Of a stretch of 64,000 bases of DNA, positions 55,975-64,000 are shown piece by piece. Location of the stretch: positions 1,260 to 65,259 of the forward strand of contig CAZWKN010000004.1 in NCBI GenBank assembly GCA_964633995.1, given 5' to 3'. A program made the position numbers and the translations under genes. The first letter of the stretch is position 1. Each line of letters starts with the position of its first letter. The DNA is from an uncultured Gammaproteobacteria bacterium. Its GTDB lineage: Bacteria; Patescibacteriota; Microgenomatia; CAZETR01; Amesbacteraceae. The notes below the pieces were generated by a model. That model saw only the letters and a list, made by a program, of their open reading frames with translations. It made no database searches and was not told the origin of the DNA.

Positions 55975-56725
55975 CCTTTAAGGACAGTTCTTTCAAAGAT
56001 CGAGGGTGAGAGATGATATTTGGGAGAGGGAGGGTTCGTCGATTTGCGAGTTTTCGACAAAACTAGAGTAGGAATTGAATCCTGATTTGGCAAAATAAGA
56101 TAAAATTGCTTGTGGTTTGAGCCAATCTTGTTTGATAAAGCCGAGATAGTTTCGATAAGATGATGGTTGGGGACACTCTTGTAAGGACTGTCCTTTTTGG
56201 AAAGGATTGAGGTGAATATAGCGAGATAGGTGGAGCAGTTGTTGTTCTGAATCTACAAGGACCGCCTTGTAAGCATCCTGAAAAAGTGGTCCTACTCTGT
56301 GGTTGTTTCTATGGTTAAAATACTGGACGTAGCGGGTGCAAAGAGAGCGCATAAACATTTCTATAGTTCTGGGAACGGTTTGTTTGACTAAAAGATGGAA
56401 ATGATTGGGCATTAGGCAATAGGCTAGTAAATCGAGTTGATTGGAAAAATTGTTGAGTCGAATTAGTTTTTTGGCATCTGCCTTTTGATAGGGAGTAGAT
56501 GTGGGGTTGGTTAATACCTGAAGGAGTTTGTCTAAGTCTTTGGGGGAAAGATATTCTTTGAGATATGAGAGGAAAACGGACTCATCCTGTTTGTCTGAAA
56601 AAATTGCTCGCTTTTCGACACCGCGGTTGTAGATGTGGTAGTAGCCGTTTTCGTGATACTCTTTGATCTTGTTCTTGGCGGGCACAAATTTAGGATACTC
56701 TTGAAAGGACTGTCCTTTCAAGAGT
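55975..56725 (-). mobile_element. putative IS200/IS605-like element (HUH transposase gene bounded by palindromic hairpins)
   Basis: GAAAGGACTGTCCTTTC perfect palindrome at 56703-56719, just upstream of the gene. A related palindrome lies at 56183-56196 and a degenerate copy (AAGGACAGTTCTTT) at 55981-55994, just past the stop. Overall size about 750 bp. Confidence 0.45.
55993..56685 (-). CDS. IS200-like HUH (Y1) transposase-family protein, paralog B
   Basis: YYHIYNRGV, HUH as PNHFHLL, YKAV, and IHLNP. Start proposed at GTG 56683-56685, equivalent to MPAK of paralog A. The annotated 368-aa ORF has a 140-aa low-complexity N-terminus overlapping the neighbouring gene. Confidence 0.6.
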   Translation of the reverse strand: MPAKNKIKEYHENGYYHIYNRGVEKRAIFSDKQDESVFLSYLKEYLSPKDLDKLLQVLTNPTSTPYQKADAKKLIRLNNFSNQLDLLAYCLMPNHFHLLVKQTVPRTIEMFMRSLCTRYVQYFNHRNNHRVGPLFQDAYKAVLVDSEQQLLHLSRYIHLNPFQKGQSLQECPQPSSYRNYLGFIKQDWLKPQAILSYFAKSGFNSYSSFVENSQIDEPSLSQISSLTLDL

Positions 56726-56742
56726 TGGAATTGTGATAGAAT

Positions 56743-57792
56743 TTGGGGATGGCGAGTGATTTGGGGCAGAAGGCAAAGAAAACGTTGGAAGCGTTTGTGC
56801 CGGAGATAGATAAGCGAATTGCTGAGTATTTTGACGAAGAAATAAAAAAAGATTTCGGGTTTAATGAGAAACAGAAAAAGTTGGATAGGGAGATTTTGGA
56901 ACACGCAAAAGAATACATTCTGCGTCCGACGAAGAGAATCAGAAGTTCGTTTGTGCGTTATGGAGCAAGGTTGGGTGGAGAAGAATGTGATTGGGGTGCT
57001 GCTGTGGGGGTGGAGTTGGTACATGCAGGGCTTTTGATGCATGACGATTTTATGGATAACGATAGTTTTAGGCGGGGAGGGTTGACAACCCATGAACATT
57101 TTAAAAAAGTAATGAATGATTCACACCTGGGGGATGCTATGGCGGTTACGGTGGGAGATGCAATGTTGTTTATGGGCTTAGAGCTTATTTCTAATAGCGA
57201 CAACAGACCGGCAATGAAACAGATGTTGAGAGGGTTGGCAAATACTGGTTATGGCCAGGCTTACGATGTTGGTTTGGAAGCACTTAAGGAATGGACAGAA
57301 GACGATGTGATCGTTTTGCACAAGGCAAAGACGGCGATTTATACGTATGAGAATCCGTTGTTTATTGGGGCGCATTTGGCCGGTTTATCAAAAGAGGTTT
57401 TTGAAATTTTGCATGAATATTCTATGGATGGTGGGGTGGCATTTCAGTTGCAAGATGATATTTTGGGAGTGTATGGGAGTCCAGAGAAGACGGGAAAGAG
57501 TGCAGATTCGGATCTAAAACAGGGAAAATGTACCCTGATGGTGCTTAAGGCGTGGGATTGTCCAGAAGTGCATAAAGTTTGGGGTGATCAAAATGCAACG
57601 AGAGAGGATCTGGATGCGGCTAAAAAAGCCATATTGGACTGCGGGGCGTATGAATATAATAAAAAATTGGCCAGAGAGTATGCGGCAAAAGCGGCTAGGA
57701 CGGCAGAGAAATTGCGTAAATTTGAGTTAAATTCAGAAGCGATTGATTTCATCCAGGGTATTGCTGAGTATATGGTGGAGAGAGAAGTATAA
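56743..57792 (+). CDS. trans-polyprenyl diphosphate synthase (FPP/GGPP synthase family)
   Basis: First Asp-rich motif LLMHDDFMDNDSFRRG and second motif LQDDILG. Confidence 0.85.
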   Translation: MGMASDLGQKAKKTLEAFVPEIDKRIAEYFDEEIKKDFGFNEKQKKLDREILEHAKEYILRPTKRIRSSFVRYGARLGGEECDWGAAVGVELVHAGLLMHDDFMDNDSFRRGGLTTHEHFKKVMNDSHLGDAMAVTVGDAMLFMGLELISNSDNRPAMKQMLRGLANTGYGQAYDVGLEALKEWTEDDVIVLHKAKTAIYTYENPLFIGAHLAGLSKEVFEILHEYSMDGGVAFQLQDDILGVYGSPEKTGKSADSDLKQGKCTLMVLKAWDCPEVHKVWGDQNATREDLDAAKKAILDCGAYEYNKKLAREYAAKAARTAEKLRKFELNSEAIDFIQGIAEYMVEREV

Positions 57793-57803
57793 ATTTGCCG
57801 GCT

Positions 57804-57861
57804 TGTCATCCCGACTAAGCGTAGCGCATGGAGGGATCCCTCGACTTCGCTCGGGATGACA
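57804..57861 (+). other. long hairpin (11-bp perfect stem tgtcatcccga/tcgggatgaca, 36-nt loop with an internal gagggatccctc palindrome)
   Basis: Lies between the polyprenyl synthase gene and the next gene. No T-run follows. Confidence 0.3.
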
Positions 57862-57876
57862 TAGTATAGTAGTACT

Positions 57877-58599
57877 ATGAACTGCCCGGGTTGTGGAGGA
57901 GAGCTGAATCCCATATCGGTTATGGGGTTTGATGATTCATATAGGTGTAGGAAATGTGGTGGTTTTTGGTTGGAATCTTGGATGGTTAATCAATTGCCCG
58001 AAAAAGATTTGGATCATGTGGTTCCGCTCAAAGTAGAAAATGCCCCCGATGGGGAAGGATTGTGTCCGGTGGATAAGGTAAGAATGACAGCGCTTGCGGG
58101 AGAAAATATTCCGACCGGACTTGTAATTGAAAAATGTGAGAAGTGTGGGTGGTGGTGGTTTCCAAAAGATAGTCTATTTGGCTTTAAGCAGGCATATGAC
58201 CTGAAGAAGAACTATCTGAAAGTATGGGGAAAGAAATCCGAGCAGGCGATGTTTGTATTGCCTGCACTGTTTACACTGGTTTTGGTAATCGGGCTTTCGG
58301 TGGGAGTGATAAAAGTAAAGAACAGGCAAAATACTGACGTGTCGGCGTCTTCGGAAGTGACGGGATTTGGGTCTGTTTATTTGGGAGCAGGCAGGACGAG
58401 TGTGGTGTTTCGGTCGAGTGGAAAAGTGTCGCAAGTATATTATAAAAAGGCTGGCGAGATAGACTGGAACAGTGCGGGGGTATCGGAAGACAATGGTTTA
58501 TATACTGCTGATTTAAAGTGGTTGGATTCTGATACGAACTACGTAGTTAAGGTATTGGAAAAGGAGTTTAAATTTAAAACCGGGAGGCAGGATTTATGA
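57877..58599 (+). CDS. Zn-ribbon/TM/extracytoplasmic-domain protein, paralog 1
   Basis: CPGCGG...CRKCGG and CP...CEKCGWWW ribbons, a single TM, and a 90-aa C-terminal domain. Confidence 0.55.
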   Translation: MNCPGCGGELNPISVMGFDDSYRCRKCGGFWLESWMVNQLPEKDLDHVVPLKVENAPDGEGLCPVDKVRMTALAGENIPTGLVIEKCEKCGWWWFPKDSLFGFKQAYDLKKNYLKVWGKKSEQAMFVLPALFTLVLVIGLSVGVIKVKNRQNTDVSASSEVTGFGSVYLGAGRTSVVFRSSGKVSQVYYKKAGEIDWNSAGVSEDNGLYTADLKWLDSDTNYVVKVLEKEFKFKTGRQDL

Positions 58600-59312
58600 A
58601 ATGTCCGGGATGTGGAGGACCTTTGAATGAAGTTTCAATTGCCGGTTTTGATCGGTCTTTTAGGTGTTATACCTGTGGGGGATTTTGGACTCAATCGTGG
58701 GTGGTAAATCGGATGTCGCCACGGTCTATGGACAGATGGATGCCGGTTATTGTAGATGCCGATCTTTTAAAAATGGGAACCATGGTGTGTCCGACAGATT
58801 TGACGCCGCTAACCCGGTTTACTGGTGAAAGCATGCCAACTAATTTGCCGGTCGAAAAATGTGATAAGTGTGGGTGGTGGTGGTGGCCGGAGGATACGCT
58901 GTTTAGATATAAGCCGGCACAAGAAGCGAAGATTAATTATTTTAAATTGTGGGGGAAAGCCGCAGACGCGACAGCCCTAATACTGCCAGTTATGAGTGTG
59001 GTTTTGTTGATTGTGGGGGCGGCCATAGGGGTAGGGTTGGTAAAAGTGCGACAAGAATCGAGCATAAACGCTTCGGGTTACGCGAGGGCTTTTTTTGCGA
59101 CGTATTTGGGGAATGGACGGGAGTTTATTAGTTTCCAGTCGATGCAAAAAATTGACAGTGTGGAATATCAGGCGAAAGGGTTGGCTTATTGGACTAAAAT
59201 GAATGTGTCTTCTGAAAATGGGGTATATACACTTGAGATAAAGAATCTAAAAGAGGGGGAGAGGTACAGCGTGAGAATTTTGGGGAAAGAATTCGAATTT
59301 GTGGCTAGGTAG
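58596..59312 (+). CDS. Zn-ribbon/TM/extracytoplasmic-domain protein, paralog 2
   Basis: Same architecture (CPGCGG...CYTCGG, CDKCGWWWW). ATGA overlap with paralog 1. Confidence 0.55.
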   Translation: MKCPGCGGPLNEVSIAGFDRSFRCYTCGGFWTQSWVVNRMSPRSMDRWMPVIVDADLLKMGTMVCPTDLTPLTRFTGESMPTNLPVEKCDKCGWWWWPEDTLFRYKPAQEAKINYFKLWGKAADATALILPVMSVVLLIVGAAIGVGLVKVRQESSINASGYARAFFATYLGNGREFISFQSMQKIDSVEYQAKGLAYWTKMNVSSENGVYTLEIKNLKEGERYSVRILGKEFEFVAR

Positions 59313-59508
59313 TTTTGGGGGTCATGCCCAAAAGCCAAAGGACTGCTTCCTTTTTGTACCTGCGATCGCCTCGAGAGTTGATTCTGATTGGTGTAAGTTT
59401 GCCGCGTTTGCCCCAGCGCTTGATGGTGAGAGTGGAAACCCGAAGGACTTCTGCTACTTCGCGGACGGTGAGGAGGTCAGGGAGTTCGGTGAGACTTAAA
59501 GAAGCCAT
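59305..59508 (-). CDS. excisionase/MerR-like HTH_17 DNA-binding protein (67 aa)
   Basis: LLTVREVAEVLRVSTLTIKRWGKRGKL helix-turn-helix. Confidence 0.6.
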   Translation of the reverse strand: MASLSLTELPDLLTVREVAEVLRVSTLTIKRWGKRGKLTPIRINSRGDRRYKKEAVLWLLGMTPKTT

Positions 59509-59555
59509 TTGATATATAAGTTAGTACTTTGATGGGGATATGTCAATAGTGCACA

Positions 59556-60938
59556 ATGGTTTATACTAAGAATGACGTGAATGTTTCTAAATTATCTTTG
59601 TGGTTTCAGATAGTTTTGGTGGTTTTTTTTATCATCTCATTGTTGATAATTGTTCGGTTGTTTCCCAAAAAACAATCATTTCATACCCAAGCTGCGGCTT
59701 GTTCGGATTTTTCAACCCAAGTTATTTGTTCTGCTCAGCCAAATTGTAGGTGGCAATTAGGCCAACTTGTTAATTGTAGTGGGGTTCCTCCTTGTCAAAG
59801 TTCTTCCTGTACTATTCAAGACAATTATTCCCAATGTAATTCGAGTTGGGTTGATTTACGGTGTACTAGTCGTTCAGGTTGCTCTTTTGCAGAGGTTAGA
59901 CGACAATGTTCGGGTTTGACGCAAACCCAGTGTCAGGCCACAGTTTTCTGCTCACCCCTGACGACGGCGTGCGCTTTTTCGGGTGGTGTATGCCCCACTG
60001 GTTGTAATTATGGTGCCGCATCTGCTGCAAAGTGTTGGGGCAGATCAGGTTGTGAACGTAATACTAGCCAAACTTCGTGTTTAACCTATAGCTGTCAGTG
60101 GACACCGAGTAAGCCTGCGACCTGTACAGGATCTCGATATACCGGATGCGGAGGGGGGAGTTGGCTTGAAAGTACCACTTGTTCTGGTACTTATATTTCT
60201 TCCAGATCGTGTGCTGGTAGTTACACATCTGCGGGATCTTGTGTGTCAGTTCCGCCTACAGCCATACCCACTCCCACACCCGTTCCGCCTACTCCTGTCC
60301 CTGTCGCAAATTGCAACACATCGATTCCGGCAAATGATTACATAGCATATTATCTTTATCATCTTACCGGACCTGAATCTTTTGCTGCTGGAGCATTGCG
60401 GTGGACGGGAAATCTGGGTAAAAACTACGGCAAAGAGTGTTATTGGGATGTGGTGAATCAATCTTATCAGAGAGGCGTAGATCCGGGATTTACTCTAGCG
60501 GTGTGGTTGCATGAGAGCGGTGCTAGTAACTATGTTCGTTTTGCACCTAATCCAGTACTCGATTTTGGAGTTCTGGGTTCGAATAATAACAATTTAAGTA
60601 TACAACTGGGTGCTTTCTTGGGATTGCCGGCACATTATTTAAGCGGGTGTAGTGCGGAAATATCTTCTGGAAAACTGCCGATGGAGGTATTTGTTTCTAA
60701 GTTCACTTCTGGTTATTGTAATCCTGATACAAATGCCGATGTTCGCTTAAGGGTGGATGGTTATATTCAAAAACTTCGAAACATATATCCCATGGCTACT
60801 AGTGATCCATTCCCAAATTATCCTACAGCTATCTCAAGTGAGGTTCGCCGGGTTGTTATTCCATCTCCCACGCTAGTAAAAACTACACCATTGCCGAAAT
60901 TTCCAATGATGAACACTGATTTGGAAACAGGTTTTTAA
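59556..60938 (+). CDS. membrane-anchored Cys-rich secreted protein with possible lysozyme-like/SLT C-terminal domain
   Basis: N-terminal TM. About 40 Cys in the first 230 aa. PT linker, then AVWLHESGASNY...APNP...DFGVLG, reminiscent of the transglycosylase ES...GLMQ core. Confidence 0.45.
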   Translation: MVYTKNDVNVSKLSLWFQIVLVVFFIISLLIIVRLFPKKQSFHTQAAACSDFSTQVICSAQPNCRWQLGQLVNCSGVPPCQSSSCTIQDNYSQCNSSWVDLRCTSRSGCSFAEVRRQCSGLTQTQCQATVFCSPLTTACAFSGGVCPTGCNYGAASAAKCWGRSGCERNTSQTSCLTYSCQWTPSKPATCTGSRYTGCGGGSWLESTTCSGTYISSRSCAGSYTSAGSCVSVPPTAIPTPTPVPPTPVPVANCNTSIPANDYIAYYLYHLTGPESFAAGALRWTGNLGKNYGKECYWDVVNQSYQRGVDPGFTLAVWLHESGASNYVRFAPNPVLDFGVLGSNNNNLSIQLGAFLGLPAHYLSGCSAEISSGKLPMEVFVSKFTSGYCNPDTNADVRLRVDGYIQKLRNIYPMATSDPFPNYPTAISSEVRRVVIPSPTLVKTTPLPKFPMMNTDLETGF

Positions 60939-63900
60939 GGCGATCCAGTAGCTGGTCCAAACCGTACGGCAGAACCTTCGTTGTATAGACGTTTCACTTG
61001 AGATGAAGATTGGGGATAGTTGTAAATTTGGACATTGTCTATTTGGCCGGTAAAGAAATCGCTAGCTCCGTCGGCTGATCCGATATAAAAAGATCTCGTA
61101 GTTAGAGACGAGGGGGATCCAGCTGGTGCTCCAGCGGTGTTGCCATTTACATAGAGAGTATTGGTGCCGGCATTGTTGACCCAAACGACATGTTGCCAGC
61201 TATTTAGACTAATTCTATTGTCTAGTCCGTAGTTACATGAAGCACCGTTGACGCACAAGGAAAGAGAAGCGTTTGTCTGGCGAATATAAAAAGTATAACC
61301 AGCTGTGCCACTATCGCGGGATACTATTGTGGGGAATCCTCCACCCCAACTGGTGGGATAAATCCATGCGGAAATTGTAAAATTGGTGGTTAGATTAAAA
61401 TTGGCATCTGTAGCCACTGACACCTGGTCATTTGTGCCGTCGAAGCCGAGTGATGAATTGTATTTTCCAGTAGTTCCGTCGTTCCACATTTCAGTGGTAG
61501 TGCCACTACTACATGATCCGACTGTATCGTTGTCTCCAGTTGTGTCGCCGGGAGTAATGGTGCCGTTCATGCCGGCGGCTTGGCCTTGGGAGTTGAGGGC
61601 GGCATTATAAGCGGTGGCGCCACTACATTCGTCAAATTTGTACCAGGCAATAGGCGCGCCTTGGTTATACAAATATTCGACTTGTGCTTTGGTGAGAGCA
61701 GAGCGAAAAATGCGGACATCGTCTATTTTCCCAGTAAATTCGTTGGCGGTACCGCATCCACCTGAAGCTTGAGCGTCGGTACCTATGCACAATCCTAGGG
61801 TATTGGAGAGTGAGCCAATTTCGGTGGGACTTGCACAATTTGTACAGCTTTCGTAGGTGTTGTATTCTACTCCGTTAAGATAGATGGCTGAACCAGCGAG
61901 GGTGGAATTATCAAATACGCCCACGATGTGATACCACTGGTTGAGAGTGTCGGTGCTGTGGTCTGGAGTACATACCTCGTATTGGTCTGAACCACCAGCA
62001 GTACCGTCGGACAGGTAGAAACATGTATTGCCACCATCGGTGTTATACCACCAGGATATATCGTAACCTGTTTCTGATGCTGTCCAAATTGAATCTTTCT
62101 TGGAAACAATTTGGGCGTCTTGGGTGTTAGCGGTGGGGTAAATCCATACAGAGATAGAAAATGAATCACCATCGGCGATATTTATGTTGTCTCCAAAAGA
62201 GACGTAGTCACTAGTGCCGTCGAACGTAACGGCGGATCCGATTTCGCCTTGGGTAAACGCAGTGTTTCCACTAAACGCACCGTCTATGCCTCCGCTCGAA
62301 GTGTCGCAAACATCGTTGGCGCCACCCGAGCAAGTGTTGGGTGTATTTTCGTCCATTTTCCATTGAGCAACCGCTGCTGGGAGTGAGAAGCCTTTGTCCG
62401 TATGGTCGTCAACTCCTCCCAACGTTATAGATGAATTGGCGTTCATGTCGAGTAGGACCTCAGAGGGGGAGAGGGCAGATCTGTATATTTTTACTTCGTC
62501 GATGTCGCCTGCGAATGAATTGGTGGCATCACCGTCATCGTCTCCTATGTACAACGCAGTTGCGTTTTCCAGGGAACCTGTGGCCGAGAGGCTGGTGTCC
62601 TGGCCTGCTAGTTTGCCGTCTACATACAGGTTTAATTTGCCTGAGGCGATATCCCTGATACAGACAACATGGTGCCAGGTGGCGTCGTAATAATCTGTCG
62701 TCGTCGTTGCCGTGTCTTCGGGATATGAGGTGGTGTCATCGTCCAGATCACAGGTAAGTAGTCCCGTGGAGTTGGCAAAGTACATTCTGTATCCTGCTAC
62801 GTTGCCGGCGGCTTTCTTTTGGATGATTACTTCGTCGTTGGTCACGGGATTAGTTGCCGAGTCGGACTTAACCCACATGCTTAAGGAGAAATCCGTACTG
62901 GCTGCAAAATCAAAATCGGCATCATCGGCACGAGACGCCCAGATGGAGCCAGTCCCATTCCAGGCACCACTATATTTACCGCTTGTAGTCCAGGAGGCAG
63001 AGGAAAGAGTGAGATCGTTGTTATTGTCAGTCAAATCATTAACATTAGTTCCTTGCATGTCATTAAAACTCCAACGAGATACATAGCTTCCTACAGGACT
63101 TCCTCCTGCAGGGTGACCGCCGTTCATATCCTCAATGATTTGCTTGGAAGTGCGGGCGTAGTTGTAGACACGTAGGTCATCGAGGTACCCGTATAGTTCC
63201 TGCGTAGTGTTGCAATTGGCGCCAGCGCCAAAAATTCCCAAACAAGCGACGTTGGTGTTGGCTAGAGAGCCGACGTTGGCCAGCGTGCCTGAAGTGGTGG
63301 TAGTTTGAGCAATACCATTGATATAGATGAGGTTGTTGGCAGAATTATTGCGATCGATTACTCCGGCTACGTGATACCAATTATTTAGGGCCATCGAGGA
63401 AGCCGAGGCGTAGATAAAATAAATATCTGTGCCGTCACTAATTTTCATACAGATTTGATTGGGTACGGTATCAGAAATTTGGCAGGTGGTACTGGAGCCT
63501 AAGAAAAAGGTCATGCCTGCACTAGTGCCATTTTGTTTGGAAATAATAGTGGAAGGATTGTTGAATGAAGCCAGACCTGCCAGGTTTATCCAGAAATCTA
63601 CTGAAATACTATTGGTGTCACTAAAATCAAGTGCATTGTTATCGCCCAGATTTATTGCTGAATCGCTCGTATTGCCATTAAAGTATAAAGAGGATCCGAT
63701 TTTCCCCGGGAGCCATTTGGGGCTGTTTACAAAAGATCCTGCAGAGCCGTTACCTGTGGCGTCGGTGACGCTGGTGCCCGTGTTTTCATCCAGTTTCCAC
63801 CAGCCTACTGGTCCGGGGGCGAAGGAGTAGAGAGCGGAGACTTCGGCAGGTGAGAGGGCGCGGTTGTAAATGCGTATTTCGTCCATTTTCCCGGTGTTGT

Positions 63901-63970
63901 TTAGATATGCTCCATTAGCTCGACCAACTTCAAATGCAGTAGCGTTGACGGCTGTGGTTGTGGTTACCAC
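60935..63970 (-). CDS. giant surface protein with five tandem LamG/concanavalin-A-like lectin domains
   Basis: The LamG_3 C-terminal signature recurs five times (MDEIRIYNRALSPAEVSALY, LDDLRVYNYARTSKQI, IDEVKIYRSALSPSEV, IDDVRIFRSALTKAQV, IDNVQIYNYPQSSSQV). An in-frame stop lies immediately upstream of GTG 63970. Confidence 0.7.
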   Translation of the reverse strand: MVTTTTAVNATAFEVGRANGAYLNNTGKMDEIRIYNRALSPAEVSALYSFAPGPVGWWKLDENTGTSVTDATGNGSAGSFVNSPKWLPGKIGSSLYFNGNTSDSAINLGDNNALDFSDTNSISVDFWINLAGLASFNNPSTIISKQNGTSAGMTFFLGSSTTCQISDTVPNQICMKISDGTDIYFIYASASSMALNNWYHVAGVIDRNNSANNLIYINGIAQTTTTSGTLANVGSLANTNVACLGIFGAGANCNTTQELYGYLDDLRVYNYARTSKQIIEDMNGGHPAGGSPVGSYVSRWSFNDMQGTNVNDLTDNNNDLTLSSASWTTSGKYSGAWNGTGSIWASRADDADFDFAASTDFSLSMWVKSDSATNPVTNDEVIIQKKAAGNVAGYRMYFANSTGLLTCDLDDDTTSYPEDTATTTTDYYDATWHHVVCIRDIASGKLNLYVDGKLAGQDTSLSATGSLENATALYIGDDDGDATNSFAGDIDEVKIYRSALSPSEVLLDMNANSSITLGGVDDHTDKGFSLPAAVAQWKMDENTPNTCSGGANDVCDTSSGGIDGAFSGNTAFTQGEIGSAVTFDGTSDYVSFGDNINIADGDSFSISVWIYPTANTQDAQIVSKKDSIWTASETGYDISWWYNTDGGNTCFYLSDGTAGGSDQYEVCTPDHSTDTLNQWYHIVGVFDNSTLAGSAIYLNGVEYNTYESCTNCASPTEIGSLSNTLGLCIGTDAQASGGCGTANEFTGKIDDVRIFRSALTKAQVEYLYNQGAPIAWYKFDECSGATAYNAALNSQGQAAGMNGTITPGDTTGDNDTVGSCSSGTTTEMWNDGTTGKYNSSLGFDGTNDQVSVATDANFNLTTNFTISAWIYPTSWGGGFPTIVSRDSGTAGYTFYIRQTNASLSLCVNGASCNYGLDNRISLNSWQHVVWVNNAGTNTLYVNGNTAGAPAGSPSSLTTRSFYIGSADGASDFFTGQIDNVQIYNYPQSSSQVKRLYNEGSAVRFGPATGSP

Positions 63971-64000
63971 TACATGATTCCAAACACTTGCGGTCAGGGT

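Noticed and set aside
56743-57099. 5' 350 nt of the annotated 368-aa minus ORF (55993..57099)
   Set aside because: The N-terminal 140 aa are low-complexity and overlap the well-supported polyprenyl synthase gene. The HUH protein most likely starts at GTG 56685.

Overview
The window is a gene-dense, low-GC bacterial segment. Gene content and organisation (short 4-domain rpsA, split rRNA operon, insertion-bearing 23S, Gram-positive-type envelope genes) suggest a small-genome Patescibacteria/CPR-like organism, though that taxonomic placement is inference only.

Main blocks, in order:
- tRNA-Ile(GAT) followed by a partial duplicate of its 3' half, and a small two-gene minus-strand cassette.
- A MacA/MacB-like tripartite ABC exporter and a TrmB-type regulator.
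- A partial rRNA operon (promoter + boxA-like leader, tRNA-Ala(TGC), 23S, 5S). The 23S carries an AT-rich helix-45 IVS-like insertion and a roughly 285-nt candidate group I intron at the E. coli U2500-equivalent site.
- pyrG, NUDIX, MGMT, rpsA, radA, a DnaA-box-rich ORF-free region, a Cys-rich sortase substrate plus sortase, rho and a type-2 IPP isomerase.
- A peptidoglycan precursor cluster (murB, murA, DUF218, murD, an uncharacterised PP-loop/QueC-like ATPase, murC, mraY, an N-terminally truncated MurE-like ligase, LysM-M23 peptidase).
- Two tRNA-Ala genes (GGC and a CGC-like one), an O-antigen-ligase/TPR protein and two paralogous IS200-like HUH (Y1) transposase genes, one with palindromic hairpin ends.
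- leuS behind a 590-bp AT-rich leader, comEA and a split comEC, two glycosyltransferases, an NrnA-like DHH phosphoesterase, tyrS, proS, uppS and a trans-polyprenyl synthetase.
- A tandem pair of Zn-ribbon membrane paralogs, an excisionase-type HTH, Cys-rich secreted proteins and a >1000-aa protein with five LamG repeats.

The most unusual signals are:
- a genome-wide scatter of degenerate period-7/8 tandem arrays (3-5 copies) inside essential genes and intergenic DNA;
- the PP-loop adenylating enzyme translationally embedded between murC and murD;
- three perfect DnaA boxes within 117 bp;
- the candidate self-splicing intron in 23S.
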